Positions 1-11,772 are shown, counted from the first letter of the stretch. The stretch is 23,693 bases of DNA from Protoeuglena noctilucae (GCA_958009085.1 OY253670.1:1674001-1697693); one strand, 5' to 3'. A program made the numbers and translations. Notes: generated from the sequence alone by a model not told the origin.

Positions 1-718
1 CACCGCGATCGGCACCTTGACGAAGGAGCTGCCGGCCGCGGCGGCCGCCCCCGCCACGAACGCCACGGCCCAGGCGGGGGCGGAGGAGAAGGCACGGCTG
101 AGGGCGTTGTGCGCCGCGCCGTAACAGGCGAAGTAGGCCCCGATGGCGATCCCCGCGCCGGACGCCGCCCCCACCACCCCAGAGTAGAGGGACGCCACGC
201 GGGGGAGGGCGCGGCCCAGGGCGTCGCGCACACCTGCCCCGGCCAGGGGCGGGGTGACGAGCTGCGGGACCTTGGAGGAGCCGGCGCTGGAGCCGGACTG
301 CATGCGGACCTTGATGGTGTCGATGGGGTGGATGGTCGACTGGGACGCCGCCCGCGCCAGGGCACCCGCCAGCACATCCGACGCGGGCTTCTCCCCGCTG
401 CGTGGAGGGGGCAGGGGGCGGTGAGCGGGGCGGGGCTGGGGCGGACCCACCCGGTGCGGCGTCAGCTGACGGGGCATCGTGCGCTCACCTGGCCGGCGAC
501 GGGGTGCCCGCCTTGGCGTCCGCGGCAGCCGTGGCGGTCATCGCCGCGAGCGCCGCCCCTCTTCGCCGCCTGCGCCCCCCCGGCAGGACGCTGCGCCGGG
601 CGCGGTCCAGGTGGCTGGCGAGGGCCGAGAGGGGGCCCGGGCTGGCCTCACAACTGCCGCCCCGGGAGGCGAGGGGCGTGAGCGCTCCCCCGGCGTCGGA
701 AGCGGCAGTCCTCCCCAT
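1..718 (-). CDS. Mitochondrial carrier family (SLC25) transporter, SAM-carrier-like; 3' end runs off the window start
   Basis: Exons 718-489 and 397-<1, with GT-AG intron 488-398 (phase 2). Exon 2 reads DVLAGALARAASQSTIHPIDTIKVRMQ...LYSGVVGAASGAGIAIGAYFACY...FVAGAAAAAGSSFVKVPIAV, containing the Px[DE]xx[KR]x[KR] signature. The N-terminal extension is Ala/Ser/Arg-rich, like a transit peptide. The 5' end is uncertain: a CTGAC...CAG acceptor at 735-733 suggests another upstream exon. Confidence 0.88.
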
Positions 719-1165
719 GCAGCACTCGATTTCTGAGCGGGACAGGAGGCGGCGGCGGCGTCAGGACGGGCGGCGCGAGGGCATGGCAGGTGCGGCTGTG
801 CTTGTGCAGGGGCCCCCGGCGGTCTGCGGGCCCCCGGGACGGCCCGGGGCAGCGAGAGCTCGAAACCGGCTACGACCATGAGATCTAGGGAGCAGCGAGC
901 AGGGCGGGGCCCTCAAAGCCGCCGGATTCGCGGCCTGCCAACGAGCCCCCTGGACAGCCCCCGCGCGGCCGAGTCGCTGAAAAAAGCGCCTCCCCCGATC
1001 GTCCAGCGCTCAAAATATAACGCCTGCACTCCGCGCAGTGGCGCGATTCCGAGAAAGCGCACCGCGCGGATACCGCGGCGAAATTGAGGGGACGCGATGG
1101 AAACGCGCGAGCCCTCGCCCCCTGCACCCAGCACCGTGTGCGCTGCGCAAGACCGGTCTCTCAAA

Positions 1166-1183
1166 GCGACGTGGCCACGTCGC
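1166..1183. promoter_or_regulatory. Perfect 18-bp palindrome with two inverted ACGT-core (GACGTGGC) elements
   Basis: gcgacgtggccacgtcgc equals its own reverse complement and lies about 450 bp upstream of the carrier ATG. The palindrome is certain; a regulatory role is inference. Confidence 0.4.
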
Positions 1184-2100
1184 GACGGTCGGAAAGGGGG
1201 GATCGCCGCGTGGGGGGACGCCTTCAACGGGCGACCGGTCCCCGGGCGCACAAACGCGATCGCCCGGCGCGCACTCGCTAGACGAACGTCCCAAGGCCTG
1301 AATGCAGCGCGGGCGATGACGCATCACGCTCACCCTGCGGAAAAGTCGCTCAATTCGCTGGGCCCCACAAGTGTGCGAAAGACAGGAGAATGCGCAACTG
1401 CAAGGACAAAGCTGGTTCGTGTAACTGATGGACAGCCAGTCGTGGTTTGTCACTGAGGTCGTTCAAGAAGTTCGGGCAGGCCTTAAAACCCTACCCAGCA
1501 GTGGGAGGGTCCCGGCCAACGAGCAAGGCTGCAAAACGCTGGTGTGGTGACTGCGGGACCGGGTCCGGCAGCAGCTCCAGCAGATCATGTGTTCAAACGT
1601 CGGGTCCGCAACAAACACGAGTGCGGGCCAAGACGCGAAGCCAGCGGGCGCCCAAGGGTGTCGTGGTCTGGAACAGCAAATGTCTCGCGCCAGCAATGCT
1701 GGCTAAACTCTCCAGCGCCGGGCAACGCGTGCCCGGCAGCGGTGGCGGGGGCGGCGGACATGAGAGGGAAGTGGGGACAGTGCGAGCCCGGCAGTTGCTG
1801 TGCCGGGCTCCCGCGCAACATGGGCGTACTCGGAATGCATCGACGGGCCACCGCGCGCCCGGCTGCCCATCCCGGGTGCGGTCGCTGCGGTGACGGGGGG
1901 ATGCGAACGGAGAGGGGTGGGGAAGGATCCTGTCACTTGTAAGCGCCCACGGGGAGGTCGGCGGCAGAGGGAGGGAAGGCGGGGTTGCGCCAGGGCGGGG
2001 CGCGGGCGACGTCCCTGCGAGCGACAAATGACGGACAGACGTCAGCACCCGCCACGCTGCCCCAGCCCCGCCTGCCCGGCACCCGCCCGCGTCCCCGCCC

Positions 2101-4160
2101 TCACTTGCGCCCGCTCGTCCCCTCCTCGCTCTCCTCGCTGTGCGCCTCGTGCACCGTGCCCGGCCGGCTGCTGTCGGCCTCCTGCGTCTCCTCGCTGGCC
2201 ATGGCGCGGCTGCCCACGCTCAGGCCGCTGGGGGACACGCGGGAGAGGGGGCGGACGCGGGAGGACCCGGGAAGGGGGCCCGTGAAGAGGGGGAGCGCCC
2301 CCGGCGACGGCAGCAGCGCTGGCAGCCCCGCGCCCGGCTGAACCGCGCTCGGCCCCGTCTGCGTGCCCACCGTGGCGGTCGAGGCGCGCCAGGGGCCGGT
2401 GCCGGGCAGCGCCGACGCCCACGGCGGGCTCGGCGCCTCCGCGGGCCCCGCCTGCACCCCCTGGGACCGCGGCCGCGGGGCGGGCGTCGACCGTGTGGCC
2501 AGGCTGCGGCGGCTGGGGGCCACCTCCGTCTGCGGGCAACGGGGGAGAGGGCACTGAGCGCGGGGGCAGCGGCGCGCGCGTCGGCAGCTCGAGAAACCCC
2601 GGCCACCCTCGGTGACCCCGGCATGCGCGTCCCCCGCCCCCCCACCTGCGCCACCCCCGTGCACTGGGGCGACCCGCACTGTCCGCAGCGGTGCTTGGCC
2701 CCCGCGGCCCCGGGCACGGCGATGGACCCCCTGGCGATGCGCTCGACGGTGCCGAACCGCAGCCAGCGCGTGCCGCACGCGTTGCACAGCACGGGCTTGC
2801 AGGGGGGGCCCCGGCGCCACTGGGGGCTCTCGCGCGTCCCGCAGTGCGCGCAGGGGCCCAGCAGCTCCTGCCGCCACCGCCGCCGCCGCTTGGGCGTCCC
2901 CGGGTCCCCCGTCGCTGCCGGCTCCAGCCCCATGGTGGCGTCGTCGTCCGCCTGCCCCGCCTCGTCGTCGTGGCTAGAGATCTCCACGGCGTCCAGCAGC
3001 AGGAGCAGGCCCGAGGTGCGGTCGCGGTCGAAGTCCCCGGAGCGCCCGGACGACGCGTGCCCCGCCTTCACGTGCCCCTCCGAGTTGCGCTTCAGCCGTG
3101 CCAGTCCCGCGTCGGCCGAGTGGCGCACCAGGCGGCCCTCGCCGCGCAGGGGCTGGCCGGGGCCGCTCCCCGCCCCCGGCGCCGCCTCCAGCGCGCTCCC
3201 CCGCCCCCCCGGCACCGTCCCCGTCTCGCTCGACCGCCCCTCGGACCCCTCCCCCTTGGGGCGCCGAGGCCCAGACTCCTGCGCCGAAGGGGGGCGCCCG
3301 CCCACCAGCCCGCTCTGCCGCAGCATCGCGCTCATGCCGCGCGCCGACGCCCGCTGCGGCCGCAACCCCGCCCCCCGCGGCTCCCCGTCCGCCCCCGACC
3401 CCTGTCGCGTGCGGCGCGGGGGCAGCCCCCCCGGGCAGCCCCCGCCGGCCTGCAGCACCTCGCGGAGGTCCTCGAGGTTGCGCGCGGCCGAGGCCCGGCG
3501 CGGGTTGGCGGCCAGCACCAGGTCGAGGGGCGGGCGCCGGGCGGGGGCCCACAGGAGCAGCGTGGACCGCCCCGGCTCCCCCAGCAGCGACAGCCAGGCG
3601 GGGAGGGCCTGCGCGTGGTCGGGGCGGTCCACGAGGCGCAGCAGCCCCAGCGGCACGCCGGCCGCGTCCTCGATGACCGAGGGGTCCGACGCGCACGCCC
3701 CCGCCAGCGCGGCCCGGGTGCCCTGGGGCAGCGACGCCAGCCACGACAGGGCGCCGGGGCCGAGGAAGGCCGAGGCGGGCGCGGGGGTGAAGGGCTCACC
3801 CGAGGGGACGTAGCCAGGCACGGCGCCCACCGTGGCCAGCACGGCGTGGGCCAGCGAGAAGCGGTCCTGGGGTCTGCGGGGGTGGGTGGGGGGAGGGCCG
3901 GGTCGGAAGGGAGCGGGGAGCGGGCTGCGGTGCACGCATATCGACGGCAGACGCGGCGGGGGGGCGGCCCCGCGCTCGCACCCGAGTCCCTCCAAAGCCG
4001 CGGCGAGGCCGGCGTGGTCGACAGGTAGTGCCCGAGGCGGGTCGAAGACGAGGCCCATCTCCGCCTCAAGCGCGTCAAGGGCTTCCTGGGGATCCATCAC
4101 GCCGCCGCGCCCAGCGCTGGGGCCGGCCGCGGGGCCGGGCGGAGGGCCCGGGTCGCCCAT
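2101..4160 (-). CDS. GATA-type zinc-finger transcription factor (~611 aa)
   Basis: [27 protein letters not shown] at 2852-2775 is a C-X2-C-X18-C-X2-C finger. Model: exons 4160-3982, 3873-2646, 2529-2101, all GT-AG and frame-consistent. A possible extra last exon lies at 2014-1933. The start codon and first intron are less certain. Confidence 0.85.
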
Positions 4161-5081
4161 CTGTCTCACCCGTGGCCCCTCCAGCAGGCGCTAGGAACTG
4201 CGGTGCCGGTCGTCCGCTCTATGGATCTGACAGGTCCGCGTCTTCTCCACCGTCTCTACCCCGCTGAATGTCGCCCCGTCCGGGGACGCGCGCATGACCG
4301 GAGGCTGCGCTTGGCTTGCCAAGTCGCTTCTGCGGGGACGAGGAGGCGTGTGCGCGCGTGCGCGAGCGGAGCACCGAAAGCGGGGCTGTGGAGGGCGCAG
4401 ATGCGTCAGGCGGGACCCCCTCCGCCTCCGCGGCCTCGGTGCGATCCGCGAGTCCGCCCATTATGCAAGCACCCGAGGGCGGGGGCGACAAGGGGTGCGA
4501 CACGGGGCAGCCCTGCTACAACCAATCCTCTAACGTGCGAGTTGTGAGCCCCGGGGCCCCGAGGGGCGAGGCCGCGGGGCAAGGGCAGAACGCACAGGTT
4601 TACACGATATAGGCCACCCGAGGCTCCTTGACGAACGAAACTCTCTCAATATATACACGTTTGGTTGACAGACACGACCGCTGCCCGGGAGACGGCGTCC
4701 AGGGCAGGCAGATCGCGGAGTTCGGGACGCGGCTCCCACGACTCGCCAGGTCACCTGGATGCTGGAGTCTGACGATCGTAGATGTGAGATGTGGCCCGCA
4801 CGCAGGACCCTTTTCGCCCGCGTGCCGGGCCGCGTCCTGAAACGCTTTGTCTGATGGCGATTGAACTCCCCCGAAGCTGGACTGCGAGTCCCGGACAGCG
4901 GACTCACGCCTCGGAGATCTGTGTGGCAGGGGAAGGCTGCGGCTGACCGCTGGGTCAGCACGTTGGCGCGATTTTCGCAGGAGAGGAGCGCCGCAGTGGG
5001 GGATTCCAGTTCCACGACGGGAGCACGGGAGCCATGCCATTGCACGTTCACAGCGCGAGTGAACACGCATCGCTGCCATTA

Positions 5082-7938
5082 ATGCAGCCGCGATGCGGCA
5101 CGCGGCATCTCTGCGGCCCGCAGCGGTCGCTGCCCTCTCTGCCCCGCCCTTGGCTGGCCCGCGGCACGCTCATCCGGTCTCCGCGACAAGGATCCCTTCC
5201 AATACGGGCCTGGTGGAGAAAAGACGCTCCCGCTCCGGGCGCGGATGGCCCGGACGACACGGCGGTGCGTGCCAGCGTGCTCGGCTCGGCACGCTCTGCC
5301 CTGCCCACCCCAGGAGTCCCACCCAAGCCGCCGTGCGCCCCGACCGCAGGCCCTGATGGACACCGGGGTGGACGCTGCGTCCCAATTCGACGTGCGCCGC
5401 GCGATCCTCCTGGGCCAGTGCGCCTTTGAGGCGTACGGGGAGCCGCGGGGGTCGCGGCTGGCGGACGTGGCCGTGGACGGCACGTGGGTCACGTACGCGG
5501 ACAAGGGATTCGTGGGCGAGGCCTTCTCGGGCGTCCTGGAGGTGCAGGCCGTGGGCAGCGAGGGCACGCCCCAAGGGGCCGACGCACGCCTGCAGGTCTT
5601 CTGCCGGGCGGGGTTCGCGGAGGCCAGGGGCAAAGCAGCGGTGAGGAGGCGGGGACAGACATGCGAGGAGTCACGGGTGGCCTATCCTCGGCCCAACCAG
5701 TGCCCCTGTGCTCCCTCCAGGGCAGCGGTGTGGACTGGTCGGGTGCGAGGGCGCGGGTGTTCCTGCCCCGGGGGGAGTCGCGGGTGCGGGTGCGCGTGGT
5801 CGGCGGCGGCGGTGGGCCCCTCTCCCCGGAGACCCTCGTGGGCGACGCGTACCTCGACATCGCCGAGCTCAGGTGGGAGAGGAGCGGCAGGTTACACGAA
5901 TCACATGCACTCATGGCGCGTGTCGCAGGTGCTTACCCGCCCCCTCCTCGTCTCTTCCAGGGACCGCATGGACAAGGTGGGCCCCTTCGCCGTCCTCCAG
6001 CTCCCCTCCGAGCACACCGCCATGCTGCGGGGTCCCAAGGGGCCGGCCGGCACGGTCCGCCTGCAGCTGCGGCTGTATCCCTTCGACCCCACCGTCACCT
6101 GGGACCCACCGAAGCCCATCGCGGAGGCGAGGCGCACCACGCGTGGCACTGTGTGGGTGTATGGCACCGTGCGGCATGCGATGACCAGCCGCTGGTGCTC
6201 TCTGCTCATTGGTCGCAGTTGCTGCGTCGCCTGCCGTTCGGTGAGAAGCAGGAGGAGGGCCCCATGGAGTCCGGGTGGCAGGCGCTGGCGGCGGCCGTGA
6301 GGGACGGCTTCCTGGTGCCGGCAGAGTACGTGCCCGTGGCATTCGTGGAGAACGAGCAGTCGGGTGAGGGAGAGGGGTGGGTGTGGGTGTATGTACGTGG
6401 GTGGGTATAATCGTGACCTCTGTTAAACACGAGCAATCGGTTCAACTGAGGGATGGATTTGTTCTAATTTCCCTACCGCCACCCCCACCCCCACCCCCAC
6501 CCCCTCTTGCAGACACGCAGGTGTGGGTGTACCGCGACCGCCCGCTCAAGGAGGTCGTGGTGTCCTTCCGTGGCACAGAGCAGGTCAAGTGGAAGGACCT
6601 GCTCACCGACCTCAACCTCATGCCCGTCGGACTGGAGCCCGAGGGAGCGGCAGCTAGGCAAGCGACTGCTGGCGTGCCACCTCCCCTGTGCTGCGTGACT
6701 CCACCACCCTCGCCTCCCTCTCTCCTCACACCCACACCCATTCCCTCTCCTCCTCTCAGCACCCCCACCCCCTTAGACCTCCTCTCCTCCGCCGCCTCTG
6801 CCGCCGCGGGTCTCCTCAGCAACAGCCCCAAGGCGCCGACGTCCAGTGAGGAAGCGCCGCTGATGGTGCACCGGGGCTTCCTCGAGGCCTACGACTCGGT
6901 CAAAGTGCGCGTGGGGCAGCTGGTCGACGCCCTGGTGGGGGACGGGAAGGACTGGAAGGTCCTCGTTACCGGTGAGGGGCGCTGCTGTGTTGCAAACATG
7001 AACATCGCAGTCAGTCACGGATGACCTTCCCATGCCTCGGTCACACTCACCCCCTCCTCTCTCCCTTCTCCCCAGGCCACTCCCTGGGCGGTGCCCTGGC
7101 CACCCTGGCTGCCTACGACCTGGCCACGCGCACCGCGGCGGATGACCGCCCACGACTCCACGTGGAGATGTACAACTTCGGGTCACCCCGCGTGGGCAAT
7201 GCAAGGTTCGCGGCAGAGTTCAACCGAGCCGTGCCCACGGCATTCCGAGGCGAGGGGCTAGGGCACTGCGGCTCGCGGCAGGGCATGCGCCGTGCGACTC
7301 GCTCCCTCACTTCCAAGCATGGACCTCATGTGACGAGGTCGTGTAGCATGCATGGCGACGGCATGAGACAGGCTCTTCCAACCCCCCGCAGTGACCAACA
7401 GCCGCGACATCATCTGCACGGTGCCCAAGCTGCTGGGGTACGCGCACGTGGGGACGGAGGTACGGCTGTCGGGGGACGGGTCCCTCAGGCGAGTCATGAA
7501 GTGGGAATGGGACATGGTCTGTGCAAGTGGGTGCGCGTGGTGAGTGACACCAGCATCGCCATGCGCCGCGCCCGCAGCATCGGTGGCCGCACGGTGTTGG
7601 ACGGGGAGGAGACGGCGCAGTTGGCGGAGAAGCTGACGGAGGAGTTTCTGGGCCGGGGAAACGAGGTGTCGAAGGGGCAGGTGAGGGGTGGCATGGCATG
7701 CTGGTGGATGACTGAGTGGATGGTTGGTCGGTGTTGGCGCAGACACAGACACAGGACCATTAGATGTCCCTCGCTTTCTCAGCTGGAGCGCATCGTGGAG
7801 GAGGAGATGGCCATTCTGCGCAACCTGGCCGACGGCAGCGCGCTGAGCGAGCACATGGAGGACTGCTACCTCAACGCCCTGCAGCTGGCCGTCACGGGGG
7901 GGGTGGTGCCTGGGCAGGAGCAGAAGGGGCGGGGGTGA
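5082..7938 (+). CDS. Class-3 lipase with transit-peptide-like leader and C2-like region; resembles plant HIL1/At4g13550 (~607 aa)
   Basis: Exons 5082-5264, 5350-5640, 5721-5872, 5961-6126, 6219-6363, 6513-6657, 6760-6971, 7076-7249, 7392-7488, 7578-7680, 7783-7938 (1824 nt, in frame). Motifs: VVSFRGTEQVKWKDLLTD, VHRGFLEAYDSV, VTGHSLGGALATL (catalytic Ser), NFGSPRVGN, RVTNSRDIICTVP (Asp), EHMEDCY (His). Four donors are GC. Confidence 0.92.
6478..6503. repeat. Intronic (CCACCC)n microsatellite
   Basis: About four tandem CCACCC units just upstream of the acceptor at 6512. Confidence 0.7.
7250..7391 (+). other. GC-AG intron in the lipase gene
   Basis: GAG|GCGAGG...CCGCAG|TG. Removal restores the conserved FR-V-TNSRDII motif without insertion. 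Confidence 0.85.
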
Positions 7939-8082
7939 GGGTGAAGTGTACTGTGCGGGCGCAGAGAGTGCGTTTGAATGGATGCGCGAGGGAGGGTCGA
8001 GGACCAGAGGCGCTGCGCCCGAAATGCTGCGTGCGCGCTGCGGCTGGTGCCTATCTCAAACAGGCGTGGGTTGCGCGTCGCG

Positions 8083-9539
8083 TCAGGGGGTGGGGACGCC
8101 CGCCGTCGGGGCCTCCTGCCCCGGGGCGAGGAGCGTGACCTGGGTACAGAGCATAGCAGGGACGGTGTCGCATGGTGCAGTGCGATGTGCATGCCCGGTG
8201 AGCCACCCGTGCCACTTGCATGCCGCGCCTCGCCTGGTCATCGAGGATGTGACGGACTTGCGCGAAGCTGGTGGCGAAGAAGTGCGGCTCGGACTCAGTG
8301 CCCCTCAGGCAGTCCCGCTGCTGGGGTGCCGCGAATGCGCCGTACGAGTCGAGGAGCACCGTCAGGGCACCGGCCCTGCGGCCGAAGGGGACGTCGTCGC
8401 GGGCACTGTCCCCGACCATGAGCACCTCCGAGGGGGGGATGCCCTGGGGGTGGGGAGATGGGCAGGGTCGAGTGGACTGATGGATGTGTCGTGGGGTGGG
8501 GAGAGGGACAGGGATGTCAACCATGCTGCAGAGTGCAACAAGGGTGTTTTCGAGACCATCCATTGCGCACCCATGCGTCGCAACAGGCCAGCAGGGCGTC
8601 CGGGTGGGGCTTCACGCGGTGCCCAGAGTCACGGGAGATGGCGGGGGCGAAGGGGCTGCGGGAGGGGCAGAGAGATACGAGAGAGTGGCAGATCGCGGCC
8701 AATCGCACCCATGGCCCGCTGCTGCCTCGTAGTGAACGTCACTACTCCCATCGTGCTCACGGGAGTGGGAAGTGGTGTCGGTGGAAGTAGTCGAGGTTCT
8801 CTTGCGCATTCTGGGTGACCACGGCCCTGGGGATGCCCCGGCGGTCGAGGTCCGCGCACTGCAAGGGACGCGGCATGTAGCAGCGTTGGTGAGGCCAGAC
8901 AGGGACCCCCAGCTCAGATGACACGCTCGACCCCGCCACACCCTCACCAGCTCCAGCACGCCCTCCGTCACTCGCAGCTTGACCAGCGCCTCCCGCTCCA
9001 TCTCCCGAATCACCGCGCGCGCCGCCGACTGGCGCTCCGGGTCCCACGCAGCAATCGTCTCCAGGATGTGCGCGCCCTGCGATGGGCGTGGCGGCCGTGT
9101 GGGTGTGAGCGTTTGCGGGCAGGCGAGGGGCCACCTGCGGCTCATCAAGGCGAAAATGGGCAGACAGGGCCCTCACCGGTGCAAGGCCTATCCGCCTCCG
9201 CATCTCCGCGAAGTCGAAGACCGGCGCCGTGAGCGTCCCATCTGCGGCAAGTGGATGTGCGTGTCGTCCGATGGGAGCCGCCGGCCGGCTGCATGCGGAA
9301 GCTTCCATTACGATCGCCAGGCTATCGGAGCGCGACTCACCCATATCCCATACGATGCCGCGCACGATGGGGTGCCCGGATACGCCCGTGCCAAATGGCG
9401 CCCCTGCGGCGCGGCTCTCCTCCAACCAAGGGGAGTGGGAAGCCGTCGACAACATGATTTGCTTATCGCTCGGTCGACGAAGCCATCGAAGCGCTGCCGC
9501 CAGCCGGTCAGGCCTCTGGAATGCTCGCATCCATCGCAT
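8083..9539 (-). CDS. HAD-superfamily hydrolase (At2g33255/YOR131C-like, ~280 aa)
   Basis: Exons 9539-9341, 9241-9177, 9076-8948, 8858-8761, 8655-8571, 8443-8234, 8139-8083 (843 nt). Spliced motifs: IVWDMDGTLT (I), VVTQN (II), KPHPD (III), MVGDSARDD (IV). The last intron has a GC donor. The start could also be 9530. Confidence 0.9.
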
Positions 9540-9847
9540 CCATGCACTCGCTGCCCCGTCGCGCGGCGGGGTGACCCGATGAAAGGGGTTGGGTTTGCTA
9601 TGAATGCGACATAGCAGACTGAGCTGTCCGGGACGCAGCAGCGCTGGCAAATCGTTTCTCAGCGCCGGCAGCCGCACCGGTGCCAGTCCTGGCTTGCACC
9701 GACAGACTCCGTGACCCGATTGACTCATGGGAACTGCCGAGCCATGTCGTGGAACATGAAAGAGTATCGTGGGCTGGCGGCAAGTGAAGCTGGGCGGTCG
9801 GTTCAACGGCTGCAGCGTCTACCCATCCGCCATGCCCCCCTGCGCTC

Positions 9848-10547
9848 TTAGGCCGTGACCTGCTCGCGCAGACGCCTGATGGTCGACCGCACTGTCACTG
9901 CGAGACACAGAGGCACGGCAGGGAATGCTCAGCAAAGGCACTGCCAATCATTTCGTCGCGGTGGCAGCCGCACCCCTGCTTCTCCTTGCGCTAAGAGGAC
10001 AGCAGCGTCGTGCGCCCGATCCCCACCACCCGTGGTATCGTCCGCGCTAGCAGCCGCACTAACCCCCCGCGCTGACAGCCGCCCAAGCCCCGCCCGTCAC
10101 CTGATGCCGCCGTGTTGTACACGTACGCCCCGCCCGCCTTGGACTTGTTGCAGTGCTTGCAGCCCCAGATGCCGACGGCGACGCGCTGCGGGCAACGCAT
10201 CGACTCTCGTGCGCATGAGGCCACGGCATGAACACAGAGGCAGGACACGCTTGCCGGCTGTCCCCTTCTCATGCCAAGTGCGACCCCGCCCCGTCCATTG
10301 CTCCCCTCATGGCTACCAGCCTTGCCACCACCGACCGTGCGTCATGCCGACCGCCCACACACGCACCCGCCCCGGAAGCACCACCGCCAGGGGCGCCGCT
10401 CACCTTCATGGCGTACTTGCCGCAGAACTCGCACAGGTACTTGGAGTGCTGCGACACCTCCATCTTCTTGATGACCTTACGGATGGAGGCACCGTAACGG
10501 GTGCCGTACTTGCCGACGATCCCGACCTTCTTGGTGCGCTTGGACAT
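9848..10547 (-). CDS. RPL37A: 60S ribosomal protein eL43 (L37a), 92 aa
   Basis: Exons 10547-10404, 10185-10101, 9897-9848 give [24 protein letters not shown]...[22 protein letters not shown]...[27 protein letters not shown], with the C4 zinc ribbon and canonical length. Confidence 0.98.
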
Positions 10548-11772
10548 CCTGTGGAAGTAGGGCGAGCAGGAGAGTTGAGAAAGCCGGCGCGAGGCAGCAA
10601 CGCGACTGGGTGGAGGGAAGGATTAGCCCGAACGACCGAGGGGACGCAAGCGCCGGGCGAGGGGCAGCAGGCGCGGCGACGGGTGCCCCGTGCAGCCGGT
10701 CCCCAGCCTCTCGTGGGCGCCGCCGGCATCCGCCCTGCCCCGCGCCGTCCATGCCACCCAACGCATCCATGCAGCACAGCGGCGGAGGGCGGGACGCTCC
10801 AGGGGGCGGTGAAACGCGGGCCAGCAGCCGGGGAGAACTCGCGGGCGACCCGCGGAGCAGCCCGCTCTCCGGAAATACCGACCGACCCATCAAAGGAAAG
10901 GTACAAGCGGCACGACAGCGGAGAGCGCGCAGTCGCTCTGCAGCGGCTCGAGGTGGCTGCCACCGCGACGCCACGACGCGCGCGCGACGCCCCGGCGCAA
11001 GAGCAAGCACCGGTCGCGCTTCGAAAGCGAACCGGGCACGCTGCGCCGGCCAGGGCCCCGAGGAGAGCCCCAGGAGGCGACCAAACCGAGTTGCGCCCCG
11101 GCCAGGCCCCGGCTGCTGGAGCTGAGATGACGCGCGGCTGACATAGGAAAAAGGATGCAAAGGTGACGCCGGCAAAGACCAGGAGGCCCTCGGAACCCAC
11201 CTCCTCTGCGCCCACGCTCGCCGACGCCGGGATTCGGCCTGTGAGAACCAAGCGGAGGGTCCGAGATGCGAGAAAGGGAGAGGAGGGGGCGCGCGGGGAG
11301 GCCATCCGTGCGACCCAGCGTTTTCTGGCAAGACGCATTTTCTGACATGTGAAGGTGGACGCACCGAGACAGGTTTTGAGGGTCGGGGATGGCGTAAATG
11401 ATGATATAATGCGCACGTGCACCACCGCATTTAACTAGAGAGGCTGCTAGGAAGGCGTCCCATCTCCGCTGACTCTGCAGCGTTGCTGGAAGCCTAGTGT
11501 TTGTCTCCGAAACGTTGAGGCTGGGGAGGCTTGGGGCGTGCTCCCCCCGCACCCCCTCGACACATTTGGCACTGCGCGCCGCGAGCGTGGCCAAATCAGG
11601 GCGAGGGGGTGAGTGAGTATGGGTGCGCCCTCTCCAGGCCATAACTTGCATTGCCGTTGTCACGCTGGTAGGCTGGCAGCGTCATCCCGGCCATCCTAGC
11701 GACGTCCCCGATGGCGCACATTTCCAGCCTCGCGCGTCGCTGCCCACGCAGTCGTTGGGGGTGTGAGCAGCC

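Noticed and set aside
761..784. Short in-frame uORF (MPSRRPS*) upstream of the carrier ATG
   Set aside because: Its stop overlaps a CTGAC branch motif upstream of a CAG acceptor, so it is more likely intronic.
1447..1893. ORF containing WCGDCG, and an AAACCCTA telo-box-like 8-mer at 1486-1493
   Set aside because: No ATG start, weak codon bias and a single CxxC; one 8-mer can occur by chance.
9898..10403. Longer RPL37A coding introns as snoRNA or riboswitch hosts
   Set aside because: No intact C/D, H/ACA or TPP-aptamer motifs; the CTGA is explained as a branch site.
11398..11472. ATGATGA...CTGA resembling C/D snoRNA boxes
   Set aside because: No terminal stem and no clean rRNA-complementary guide that I could recognise. 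It needs snoscan or Infernal to reconsider.
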